This document shows positions 17,525 to 26,802 of a DNA stretch of 64,000 bases, piece by piece (positions within the stretch are counted from its first letter, which is position 1; the number at the start of each line of letters is the position of its first letter). Origin of the DNA: Myxococcota bacterium (GTDB lineage Bacteria; Myxococcota_A; UBA9160; SZUA-336); assembly GCA_035498875.1 (NCBI GenBank), contig DATJZP010000067.1, forward strand, positions 80,107 through 144,106, given 5' to 3'. The translations under genes and the position numbers were made by a program. The notes beneath the pieces are model-generated. The model searched no databases, had not been told where the DNA came from, and saw only the letters and a list, made by a program, of their open reading frames with translations.

Positions 17525-19343
17525 CTCGGGCAGTCTGTCCCGCTGGCTTGCGCGCGCCGAGGCCGCGTTCGTCTCGCCGCACCTGCGCGGCGATCCGGTC
17601 GCGCTGCGCACGGCCTTCGTGGTGGCGGGCTTCTCGCTCGCGCCGGCGCTGTTCGTGCCATTCCTGGCCTGGATGGGCTGGGAGTCGTTTCCGCGCGAGG
17701 TGGCGGTGCGGATCCTGCCGCTGGTGCTGCTCGCCGCGCCGGTCTGCGTGCTGGTCTCGGTCACCCAGCGCTTCGCCGGCCCGACCGCGCTGGCCGGCAA
17801 CTTCATGCTCGCCTACGCGTTCGCGCTGTTCGGAATCGTGACTTACTACGCGGGCGGCGCGGTCTCGCCGCCCAGCTTCTGGAACGTGCTGATCCCGATG
17901 ACGGCGATCGCGCTGGTGGGCCGGCGCTGGGCCGCCTTCTGGGCGGTGATGGTGCTGGCCGAAGCGGTGGCCACGGTCTGGCTCGACCGCCACGGACTGC
18001 ACTTCGAGAACCGCATCCTGCCGCAGTGGCGGCCCCTGTACTGGTTCGCGAGCATCGGCTCCCTCACCACGCTGATCATGCTGGCGGGGCTCGTCTACGA
18101 GCGCACCAAGGACGCCGCCCTGCACACGCTCGAGGCCGCCAACGCCGAGCTCGAGCGCGCGCGCGACGACGCCGACCGCGCGAGCGCCGCCAAGAGTGAC
18201 TTCCTCGCGATCCTGACTCACGAGATCCGCACGCCCATGACCGCGATCCTGGGCTTCGCCGACGTATTGCGCGACGAGTGGGCAGAGCGCGGCTTCCCGG
18301 CCCGACAGATCGATGCGCTGGCCACGATCCAGCGCAGCGGGCGCGAGCTGCTCGAGACGATCAACGATCTGCTCGACCTGTCGAAGATCGAGGCGGGCAA
18401 GCTCGAGCTCGAGCAGATCGCGTTCTCGCCGGGCGAGCTGATCTCGTCGGTGCTCGAGCCACTGCGGCCGCGCGCGCTGGAGCTCGGGCTCGAGCTGTCG
18501 TTCGAGCTGGAGGCGGCCGTCCCCGGTGTGGTGCAGAGTGACCCGGCGCGGCTGCGCCAGATCGCGGTGCACCTGCTCGAGAACGCGCTCGCGTTCACGG
18601 CGCAGGGTGGGGTGCAGGTGTCGCTCGGCGTCAGCGACGAGGGCCAGGGCCCGCAGCTCGACCTGCGCGTGCGAGACACCGGCTTCGGGATTCCGCCCGA
18701 GAAGCTGGCCTCGCTGTTCCAGCCCGGACTGCGGCGCGCGGCGTGCGCCGACGCGTCGGAGCGCATCGGCCTGGGCCTGGCGATGTGCAAGCGACTCACC
18801 GAGCTGCTCGGGGGCCGGATCGAGGTCGAGAGCGAGCTCGGCCACGGCAGCCTGTTCCGGGTGCTGGTGCCGATCCGCCCCGCGAGCGCGCCGGCCTGGT
18901 CGCCCGCGCGCTTCGAGACACCCGCCCATTCGCGGCCCACGTTGCGCGCGCACGTGCTGGTGGTGGACGACGGGCCGGACAATCTGCGGCTGATCTCGCA
19001 CGTGCTGGGGCGCGCGGGCGCCGACGTGGTGACGGCCAGCGATGGCCGCCGCGCGCTGGCCTGCGTGCGCGAGGCCGAGCGCGCCGGCCGGCCGTTCGAC
19101 GTGGTGCTGATGGACATGCAGATGCCCGAAATGGACGGCTACGCCGCCACCGCCGAGCTGCGGCGCAGCGGCTTCACGCGCCCGATCCTCGCGCTCACCG
19201 CCCATGCGGTGCCGGGGACACGCGAGAGCTGCCTGGCGGCGGGCTGTGACGATTTCGCGACCAAGCCCGTGGACCGGCACGAGCTGATCGAGCGCATCAA
19301 CCGGCTGTGTCCGGATATACTACCTTCGGGGAGTGACTCTTGA
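17514..19343 (+). CDS. hybrid sensor histidine kinase/response regulator, paralogue of the upstream kinase
   Basis: Same architecture as the upstream kinase plus a C-terminal REC domain (VLVVDDGPDN...DVVLMDMQMPEMDG). Overlaps the upstream kinase by 11 nt and the P450 start by 4 nt. Confidence 0.85.
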   Translation: MRHDSGSLSRWLARAEAAFVSPHLRGDPVALRTAFVVAGFSLAPALFVPFLAWMGWESFPREVAVRILPLVLLAAPVCVLVSVTQRFAGPTALAGNFMLAYAFALFGIVTYYAGGAVSPPSFWNVLIPMTAIALVGRRWAAFWAVMVLAEAVATVWLDRHGLHFENRILPQWRPLYWFASIGSLTTLIMLAGLVYERTKDAALHTLEAANAELERARDDADRASAAKSDFLAILTHEIRTPMTAILGFADVLRDEWAERGFPARQIDALATIQRSGRELLETINDLLDLSKIEAGKLELEQIAFSPGELISSVLEPLRPRALELGLELSFELEAAVPGVVQSDPARLRQIAVHLLENALAFTAQGGVQVSLGVSDEGQGPQLDLRVRDTGFGIPPEKLASLFQPGLRRAACADASERIGLGLAMCKRLTELLGGRIEVESELGHGSLFRVLVPIRPASAPAWSPARFETPAHSRPTLRAHVLVVDDGPDNLRLISHVLGRAGADVVTASDGRRALACVREAERAGRPFDVVLMDMQMPEMDGYAATAELRRSGFTRPILALTAHAVPGTRESCLAAGCDDFATKPVDRHELIERINRLCPDILPSGSDS

Positions 19344-20668
19344 AGACGTTGAAGGACGTTCCGCGGCTCGGCTTCCTGAACGGCATGCGCCAGCTGCTGG
19401 CGAGCGGCGGCGGGCGCGTCGACATGCTCTCGGGCCTGCGCGACCAGTACGACTCACACGGCTCGGTGGTGCTGCAGCTCTCGGGCCCGTTCAAGCTGAT
19501 CAACCTGTTCGGCCCCGACGCCAACCGGCTGGTGCTGATGGATCGCGACCAGATCTTCAGCGCCAAGCGTCCCTGGGATCAGATCATGGGCCGGATCTTC
19601 ACCAACGGTCTGCTGCTGCGCGACGGCGCGGACCACAAGCACCACCGCAAGATCATGCACGAGGCCTTCACGCGGCCGGCGCTGCGCGAGTACGTGGAGC
19701 GCATGCACCCGATCGTGGCGCGCGGGCTCGAGTCACTGCCGAGCTCGGGCGAGCCGGTGCTCGCGTTCCGCGCCTACAAGGAGCTCACGCTGGCGCTCGC
19801 CGCCAGCATCTTCGTGGGCATGGACCTGGGGCCCGCCACCCGACCCATGAACACGGCGTTCGAAAACATGGTGGCGGCCTCGATGTCGCGCATCCGCCTG
19901 CCGTGGATCGGGCGCGAGTTCCAGCGCGGGCTGCGCGGGCGCCAGTACATGCTCGACCTGCTCGGCGGCATGCTCGAGAAGAAGCACGGCGATGCTGGCC
20001 CCGACATGTTCGGCCGGCTGTGCCGCGCGCGCACCCCGGAGGGCGAGGCGCTCGCCGACGCCGAGGTGCTCGACCACATGGTGTTCCTGATGATGGCGGC
20101 GCACGACACCACCACCAGCACGCTCACGTCGCTGACCTACGAGCTGGCCAAGCATCCCGAGTGGCAGGAGCGGCTGCGCGACGAGTCACACGCGCTCGGC
20201 AAGGACGAGCCGGGCCTCGAAGAGCTGGGCCAGCTCGAGTCGCTGGGCTGGGCGCTGCACGAGACGCTGCGGCGCTATCCGCCGCTGCCGGTGATCCCGC
20301 GCGTCAACACGCAGGACTTCGCGTTCGAGGACTTCCAGATCCCGGCCGGCTGCATGGTGGTGGTCTCGCCGATCCATACCCATCACATGAGCGAGTGGTG
20401 GAGCGAGCCGTTCCGCTGGGATCCCGCGCGCTTCGCGCCGGGCCGGGCCGAGCAGGAGCGCCACACTCACTCCTGGGTCCCGTTCGGCGGCGGCCCGCAC
20501 ATGTGTCTGGGGCTGCGCTTCGCCGAGTCGCAGGTGCGGCTGGTCATGCACCAGCTGCTCTTGCGCTACCGCTGGAGCGTGCCCGAGGGCTACCAGATGC
20601 CGGTCCAGCAGGCGCCGATCTCGAAGCCGCGCGACGGTCTGCCGACCACCTTCCACAGACTGGCTTGA
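19340..20668 (+). CDS. cytochrome P450
   Basis: Heme-binding loop FGGGPHMCLG; ETLRRYPP (ExxR). Confidence 0.9.
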   Translation: MKTLKDVPRLGFLNGMRQLLASGGGRVDMLSGLRDQYDSHGSVVLQLSGPFKLINLFGPDANRLVLMDRDQIFSAKRPWDQIMGRIFTNGLLLRDGADHKHHRKIMHEAFTRPALREYVERMHPIVARGLESLPSSGEPVLAFRAYKELTLALAASIFVGMDLGPATRPMNTAFENMVAASMSRIRLPWIGREFQRGLRGRQYMLDLLGGMLEKKHGDAGPDMFGRLCRARTPEGEALADAEVLDHMVFLMMAAHDTTTSTLTSLTYELAKHPEWQERLRDESHALGKDEPGLEELGQLESLGWALHETLRRYPPLPVIPRVNTQDFAFEDFQIPAGCMVVVSPIHTHHMSEWWSEPFRWDPARFAPGRAEQERHTHSWVPFGGGPHMCLGLRFAESQVRLVMHQLLLRYRWSVPEGYQMPVQQAPISKPRDGLPTTFHRLA

Positions 20669-20702
20669 CAGCCCTCGGCGCTCGGCCGGAGCATGGGCGC
20701 CC

Positions 20703-21632
20703 ATGGAACAGAAACCCCTCGGTCGCTCCGGTCTCCGCGTCTCGGTCGTCGGTCTAGGCTGCAACAACTTCGGCATGCGCTGCGATCTCGCGCAGACACG
20801 CTCGGTGGTCGGCAAGGCGCTCGACCTGGGAGTCACTCTGTTCGACACCGCCGACGTCTACGGCGGGCAGGGTGTCTCGGAGGAGTATCTGGGCAAGGCG
20901 CTCGAGGGCCGGCGCAACGAGGTGATCGTCGCGACCAAGTTCGGCATGCCCATGGGCGAGGGCTACCGCCGCGGCGGCTCGCGCCGCTGGATCATGCAAG
21001 CCTGCGAGAACAGCCTGCGCCGGCTCGCGACCGACTACATCGACCTGTACCAGATCCACTTCCCCGACGCGTCGACGCCGATCGAGGAGACACTGCGCGC
21101 GCTCGACGATCTCGTGCGCCAGGGCAAGGTCCGCTATCTCGGCTGCTCGAACTTCGCCGGCTGGCAGGTGGTCGAGGCGGCCTTCACCGCGCGCAACGCC
21201 CACCTGACGGCCTTCGTCTCGGCGCAGAACTTCTACAACCTGCTGGAGCGCGGCGTCGAGAAGGAGCTGGTGCCGGCGTGCAGCGCCTACGGGCTGGGCA
21301 TCCTGCCGTACTTCCCGCTGGCGAGCGGGCTGCTCACCGGGAAATACCGGCGCGGCGAGGCGCCGCCCGAGGGCACGCGGCTCTCGGTGCCGCGCTTCAA
21401 GGGCGCGCTCACCGACAAGAACTTCGACAAGGTCGAGAAGCTCGCGAGCTTCGCCGCGGACGCGGGTCACTCGCTGCTCGATCTGGCGATCGGCTGGCTC
21501 GCCAGTCAGGCGCACGTGCCCAGCGTGATCGCCGGCGCGACCCGGCCCGAGCAGGTCGAGCAGAACGTGCGCGCGGGCGAATGGAAGCTCACGCCCGCCG
21601 AGCTCGCGAAGGCGAGCGAGCTCAGCGCATGA
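20703..21632 (+). CDS. aldo/keto reductase
   Basis: AKR fold motifs (LFDTADVYG, IDLYQIH). Confidence 0.9.
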   Translation: MEQKPLGRSGLRVSVVGLGCNNFGMRCDLAQTRSVVGKALDLGVTLFDTADVYGGQGVSEEYLGKALEGRRNEVIVATKFGMPMGEGYRRGGSRRWIMQACENSLRRLATDYIDLYQIHFPDASTPIEETLRALDDLVRQGKVRYLGCSNFAGWQVVEAAFTARNAHLTAFVSAQNFYNLLERGVEKELVPACSAYGLGILPYFPLASGLLTGKYRRGEAPPEGTRLSVPRFKGALTDKNFDKVEKLASFAADAGHSLLDLAIGWLASQAHVPSVIAGATRPEQVEQNVRAGEWKLTPAELAKASELSA

Positions 21633-22459
21633 GCGGGCGCGCGATCGAGACCGGGACCGAGACGCTGCTGGCCCGGGTCGAGGACGGCGTCGCGACTCTG
21701 GTCATGAATCGGCCCGAGCGCCGAAACGCCTTGTCCGACGAGATGTTCCGGGGCATGGCGCAAGCGTTGCGCGAGGCCGAGACCGCGTCCGACGTACGCT
21801 GCCTGGTGCTCACCGGCGCCGGCGGCGCCTTCTGCTCGGGCGGCGACGTGAAGGGCATGGCCGAGGGCTCGAGCCGCGGCGGGCCGGGAGTCACGCTGGA
21901 CGAGCGCATCCACCGGCAGCGCCTCTCGCAGCGCGAGACGGCGGGACGGCTGTACCGCATGCCCAAGCCCGTGATCGCCTCGCTGCCGGGCCCGGCCGCC
22001 GGCGCGGGTCTCTCGCTCGCGCTCGCCTGCGACCTGCGGATCGCGGCCGAGAGCGCGCTGCTCACCACCGCGTTCGCCAAGGTCGGCTTCAGCGGCGACT
22101 ATGGTGGAAGCTACTTCCTGACTCATATGGTCGGCTCGGGCAAGGCGCGCGAGCTGTATTACCTGTCCGACCGCCTCGACGCGAAGGAAGCCGAGCGGCT
22201 CGGGCTCGTGAACCGCGTGGTGCCCGATGCCGCGCTCGAAGCCGAGACCCGGGCGCTGGCGCAGCGCCTCGCCTCGGGCGCCACCGTGGCCTACCGCTAC
22301 ATGAAGGAGAACTTGAACCGCGCCGCCCAGGGCGCGAGCGTGGAGGAGTGTCTCGACCTCGAGGCCACGCACCACGTTCACGCGGGACTCACCGAGGATC
22401 ACCGCGAGGCCGCCAAGGCGTTCGTCGAGAAACGCATGCCGGTGTTCAAGGGTCGGTAG
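21629..22459 (+). CDS. enoyl-CoA hydratase/isomerase family protein
   Basis: Crotonase motifs; start overlaps the AKR stop (ATGA). Confidence 0.85.
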   Translation: MSGRAIETGTETLLARVEDGVATLVMNRPERRNALSDEMFRGMAQALREAETASDVRCLVLTGAGGAFCSGGDVKGMAEGSSRGGPGVTLDERIHRQRLSQRETAGRLYRMPKPVIASLPGPAAGAGLSLALACDLRIAAESALLTTAFAKVGFSGDYGGSYFLTHMVGSGKARELYYLSDRLDAKEAERLGLVNRVVPDAALEAETRALAQRLASGATVAYRYMKENLNRAAQGASVEECLDLEATHHVHAGLTEDHREAAKAFVEKRMPVFKGR

Positions 22460-23497
22460 GGCATCGCCCTCGAGCCCGAAGCACTGCTGGCCGCGCTGCG
22501 AAAGGCGCTCGACCGGCCGGCGCTCGAGCTGCGCGAGCCGCCACAGGCGATCGCCGGCGGCTACGACACCGCGATCTTCGCCTTCCGCCTGGCCGGGGCG
22601 CCGGACGGCTGGAGTGACTCGCTGATCCTGCGCCTGTTCCGGGTCGAGACGCCGGGCACGCTGGCGCGCTTCGAGACCACGGTGCAGCGCTGCGTCGCGG
22701 AGCTGGGCCTGCCCGCGCCGCGCGTCTTCCTGGTCGAGGAGGACCCGGGTCTCCTGGGCGGCGCCTTCATGGTGATGGAGCGACTGCCCGGCGAGCCGTT
22801 GCTGCGCGCCGTCTTCGGCACGGCGGCGCTGCGCGTGCCCGGGTTGCTGGCGGGAATCCAGGCGCGGCTCCACACGCTGGACTCGGCGGCGCTTTCGCGC
22901 GCGCTCGCCCGCGCGGGCTTCGATCCGGCCGCGCGCAGTGCGGAAGCGTCGCTCTGCGACTGCGCCCGGACGGTCGAGTCACTCGGGCTCGACGGCCTGC
23001 GGGGCGCGGCCGACTGGCTCGGCCGCAAGCTCCCCGAGCCGTCGCCGGCTTCGATCTGCCACGGCGACTTCCACCCGCTGAACGTGCTCTGGGACGGAGC
23101 GCGAGTGACTGGCCTGATCGACTGGCCGCGAGTGCACCTGTCGCCCGCCGAGCACGACGTGGGGTCGTCGATTGCACTCATGAGTCACGGACCGATTCGC
23201 GTGCCAGCCTGGCTCAGGCCGGTCGCGCGCGCCGCGCGCGCGCTGCTGGTCCGCCGCTACGTCGCGGCCTACCGCGCGCTGCGACCCCTCGATCCGGCGC
23301 GGCTGCGCTATTTCGAGGCGCTGCGCATGCTGGAGTTCCTGGTCGAGGAGGGCGCGGAGCAGGCGGCCGAGCTCGCCGGCCGCGGCCGTTCCTCGAAGCC
23401 GAGCCCGTGGGCCGATCCCGGCGTGCAGCGCGGCATCCTGGCCCGCTTCGAGTCACTCACGGGCGTTCGCGCCACGCTGCCGCGTCCGCTCGCGTAA
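22460..23497 (+). CDS. aminoglycoside/choline-kinase-type phosphotransferase (APH family) with no canonical start codon; in frame with the upstream enoyl-CoA hydratase and separated from it only by TAG
   Basis: HGDFHPLNVLWD and IDWP catalytic motifs. The N-lobe (AIAGGYDTAIFAFRL...LILRLF) is encoded between 22460 and 22681, where the frame contains no ATG/GTG/TTG. Track ORF 22682 begins at an internal GTG. Confidence 0.55.
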   Translation, partial: GIALEPEALLAALRKALDRPALELREPPQAIAGGYDTAIFAFRLAGAPDGWSDSLILRLFRVETPGTLARFETTVQRCVAELGLPAPRVFLVEEDPGLLGGAFMVMERLPGEPLLRAVFGTAALRVPGLLAGIQARLHTLDSAALSRALARAGFDPAARSAEASLCDCARTVESLGLDGLRGAADWLGRKLPEPSPASICHGDFHPLNVLWDGARVTGLIDWPRVHLSPAEHDVGSSIALMSHGPIRVPAWLRPVARAARALLVRRYVAAYRALRPLDPARLRYFEALRMLEFLVEEGAEQAAELAGRGRSSKPSPWADPGVQRGILARFESLTGVRATLPRPLA

Positions 23498-23628
23498 ACC
23501 GCTTTCGCCGGTCCGGGGTCCGACGAGATGGGGCGCCGATGAATGTGATACCTCTCCAGGTCGAGCCTCGGTCAGAAGCTCGCCCAGGCGGTGAAACTTG
23601 CCCGTAAACCCAGCGTCCGAGCCGTGAA

Positions 23629-26600
23629 ATGTGGATCGTCCGTCTAGCGCTCCGCCGCACCTACACCTTCGTCGTCATGGCGATGCTGATCGGGGTGCTG
23701 GGCGCGTTGTCGATCCTGACCATGCCGACGGACATCTTTCCCAACATCGACATCCCGGTCGTGTCGTCGGTCTGGTTCTACGGCGGCCTCTCTCCCGACG
23801 AGATGCAGAACCGCATCACCACGATCGTCGAGCGCGCCACCACGACCACGGTCAACGACATCCAGCACATCGAGTCGCTGACCCTGCGCGGGGTCACCGT
23901 GATCAAGGTGTTCTTCCAGCCGGGCGCGAAGGTCGAGTCGGGAGTGGCGCAGATCAACGCGATCTCGAACACGCTGATCCGGCCGCTCCCGCCGGGCATT
24001 ACGCCGCCGCTGATCCTGCAATACAACGCGGCCAGCGTGCCGGTGCTGCAGCTGAGTCTCTCGAGTGACACGCTGTCGGACCAGGAGATCAACGACCTCG
24101 GCTCGAACTTCATCCGCACCCAGCTCGTGACCGTGAACGGCGCGTCGATCCCCCCGGCCTACGGCGGCAAGTCGCGTGTGATCATGGCCGACCTCGATCC
24201 CGACGCGCTGTACGCGCGCGGCATCTCCCCGCAGGACGTCTCCGACGCGCTGAACTCGGGCAACGTGATCCTGCCCGCGGGCTCGGCGAAGATGGGCGTG
24301 CGCGAGTACGACGTGGCGCTGAACGGCAGCCCGCGGGTGCTGACCGACCTGGACGACTTGCCGGTGAAGGCGGTGAACGGCGCCGTGGTGAAGATGCGCG
24401 ACGTGGCCCACGTGCACGACGGCTTCACGCCGCAGACCAGCATGATCCGACGCGACGGTCACCACGCGGTGATGATCTCGGTGCTGAAGAGCGGCCGGGC
24501 CTCGACGCTGGCCGTGGTGAAGGGCGTGAAGGAGCTCTTGCCGCGGATCATGGCCGGCATGCCGCCCGAGCTCTCCGTGGACGCGCTGTTCGATCAGTCG
24601 CTGTTCGTGCGCGCGGCGGTGGGCGACGTGCTGCGCGAGGGCGCGATCGCGGCAGGACTCACTGCGGTCATGATCCTCTTGTTCCTGGGCAGCCCGCGCA
24701 GCACGATCATCGTGGCCACCTCGATCCCGCTCTCGGTGCTCACGTCGATCATCGTGCTCAAGGTCCTGAACCAGACGCTGAACGTGATGACGCTCGGCGG
24801 GATGGCGCTGGCGGTCGGCATCCTGGTCGACGACGCGACCGTCGAGATCGAGAACATCCACCGCAACCTGGCCCAGCACAAGCCGATCCGGCAGGCGATC
24901 CTCGACGGCGCGCAGCAGATCGCGGTCGCGGCCTTCGTCTCCACGCTCGCGATCTGCATCGTGTTCGTGCCCGTCTTCGCGCTCGGCGGCGTGGTGGGCT
25001 CGCTGTTCTCGCCGCTCGCCATGTCGGTCGTGTTCGCGATGCTGGCCTCGTATCTCCTGTCGCGCACCCTGATCCCCACCATGGTCCTGTATCTCCTGCC
25101 GGCCGAGCTCGAGCGCGAGCACGCGCGCAAGGAGGGCGAGGAGCATGGACTCACCGCGCGCCTGCACCGGCGCGTGGGCGACGCTTTCGAGAGACTCGGC
25201 CGCTCGTACGAGCGGGGGCTCTCGGCGGCGCTGGCGAACCGACGCTTCTGGGCGCTCGGCTTCGGCGCCTTCGCGCTGGCCTCGCTCGTGCTCGTGCCGT
25301 TCGTGGGCCGCGACTTCTTCCCGACCATCGACGCGGGCAGCCTGCGCATCCACGTGCGCGGACCCACCGGCACCCGGCTCGAGGAGACCGAGCACTACTT
25401 CCAACGCGTCGAGGACCGCATCCGCCAGCTGATCCCCCCGGACGAGATGGGCGTGATCCTCGACAACCTGGGCGTGCCCAATGGCATCAATCTCGCGCTC
25501 ACCGACAACGCCTCCGTGTCCGCGGCCGAGGGCGAGATCCAGGTGTCGCTCCGGCCCGGTCACGCGCCGACCGCGAAGTATCTGAAGGAGCTGCGCCGGG
25601 TGCTGCCGAGCGAGTTCCCCGAGCTGATCTTCTTCGCGCAGCCGGCTGACATGGTCGGGCAGATCCTGAACTTCGGTCTGCCGGCGCCGATCGACGTGCA
25701 GATCAGCGGCCCGAACGCCGAGCAGGCGCACAACTACGCCTTCGCGCAGGAGATCGCCGAGCGGGTCCGGACGGTGCCGGGCGCCGCCGACGTGCACGTG
25801 CACCAGGTGCTCGATGGCCCGCGCCTGGCCTTCGACGTCGACCGCTCGCTCGCCGCCGAGAGCGGGCTGTCCGTGCGCGACGTGGCGCAGAGCCTGTTGA
25901 TCTCACTCACCGGCTCGGGCACCACCGGCACCAACTACTGGCTGAACCCGAAGAACGGCGTCAGCTACCAGGTGGTGATCCAGAGCCCGCAGCACCGCAT
26001 GAGCAACATCGGCGCGCTGCAGGCCACGCCGGTGACTTCGGTCAGCACCGGCAGCGACCAGACACCGCTCCTGCTCAGCAACGTCGCCACGGTCTCGCGC
26101 ACCATCACGCCCGTCGCCCTGAATCACTACAACGTGCAGCCCGTGTACGACGTGTTCGCGAACGTGCAGGGCACCGATCTGGGCAGCGTCGCCGATGGGG
26201 TGAGCCGGATCGTCGACGAGTACCGCGCCAAGATCCCCAAGGCCAGCATCATCACCATGCGCGGGCAGGTGCAGAGCATGAACGAGGCCTTCTCCGGCCT
26301 GGCCTTCGGGATCGCGTTCGCGATCGTGCTCGTGTATTTCCTGATGGTCGTGAACTTCCAGTCCTGGATCGATCCGGCCATCATCCTGATGGCGCTGCCC
26401 GGCGCGCTGGCGGGGATCCTGTGGTTCCTGTTCGCCACCAACACCACGCTGTCGGTGCCGTCGCTGATGGGTTCGATCATGGCGATCGGCGTGGCGACCT
26501 CGAACAGCATCCTGTTGATCACCTTCGCCAACGAGGAGCGACAGCGCGGGCTCGACGCGCGCGCCGCGGCGCTGTCTGCGGGCCGCACGCGGCTGCGCCC

Positions 26601-26802
26601 GGTGCTGATGACGGCGCTGGCCATGATCATCGGCATGCTGCCCATGTCACTCGGGCTGGGCGAGGGCGGTGAGCAGAACGCGCCGCTCGGTCGCGCCGTG
26701 ATCGGCGGTCTCACGCTGGCCACCGCGTACACGCTGTTCTTCGTTCCGCTGGCCTACAGCCTGCTGCGGCGCGCCGCGCCGAAGCCGGTGGAGGGCCATT
26801 GA
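23629..26802 (+). CDS. efflux RND transporter permease subunit
   Basis: 1057 aa; AcrB/CzcA-like N-terminus (DIFPNIDIPVV) and 12-TM/2-loop architecture. Confidence 0.9.
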   Translation: MWIVRLALRRTYTFVVMAMLIGVLGALSILTMPTDIFPNIDIPVVSSVWFYGGLSPDEMQNRITTIVERATTTTVNDIQHIESLTLRGVTVIKVFFQPGAKVESGVAQINAISNTLIRPLPPGITPPLILQYNAASVPVLQLSLSSDTLSDQEINDLGSNFIRTQLVTVNGASIPPAYGGKSRVIMADLDPDALYARGISPQDVSDALNSGNVILPAGSAKMGVREYDVALNGSPRVLTDLDDLPVKAVNGAVVKMRDVAHVHDGFTPQTSMIRRDGHHAVMISVLKSGRASTLAVVKGVKELLPRIMAGMPPELSVDALFDQSLFVRAAVGDVLREGAIAAGLTAVMILLFLGSPRSTIIVATSIPLSVLTSIIVLKVLNQTLNVMTLGGMALAVGILVDDATVEIENIHRNLAQHKPIRQAILDGAQQIAVAAFVSTLAICIVFVPVFALGGVVGSLFSPLAMSVVFAMLASYLLSRTLIPTMVLYLLPAELEREHARKEGEEHGLTARLHRRVGDAFERLGRSYERGLSAALANRRFWALGFGAFALASLVLVPFVGRDFFPTIDAGSLRIHVRGPTGTRLEETEHYFQRVEDRIRQLIPPDEMGVILDNLGVPNGINLALTDNASVSAAEGEIQVSLRPGHAPTAKYLKELRRVLPSEFPELIFFAQPADMVGQILNFGLPAPIDVQISGPNAEQAHNYAFAQEIAERVRTVPGAADVHVHQVLDGPRLAFDVDRSLAAESGLSVRDVAQSLLISLTGSGTTGTNYWLNPKNGVSYQVVIQSPQHRMSNIGALQATPVTSVSTGSDQTPLLLSNVATVSRTITPVALNHYNVQPVYDVFANVQGTDLGSVADGVSRIVDEYRAKIPKASIITMRGQVQSMNEAFSGLAFGIAFAIVLVYFLMVVNFQSWIDPAIILMALPGALAGILWFLFATNTTLSVPSLMGSIMAIGVATSNSILLITFANEERQRGLDARAAALSAGRTRLRPVLMTALAMIIGMLPMSLGLGEGGEQNAPLGRAVIGGLTLATAYTLFFVPLAYSLLRRAAPKPVEGH

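Noticed and set aside
17301-19280. 659-aa minus-strand ORF antisense to the two histidine-kinase genes
   Set aside because: GC-rich antisense artefact. The kinase genes on the plus strand have clear HisKA/HATPase/REC motifs.
23644-25803. 719-aa minus-strand ORF antisense to the RND pump gene
   Set aside because: Antisense to a 1057-aa RND transporter with unambiguous motifs; composition is Arg/Asp/His repetitive.
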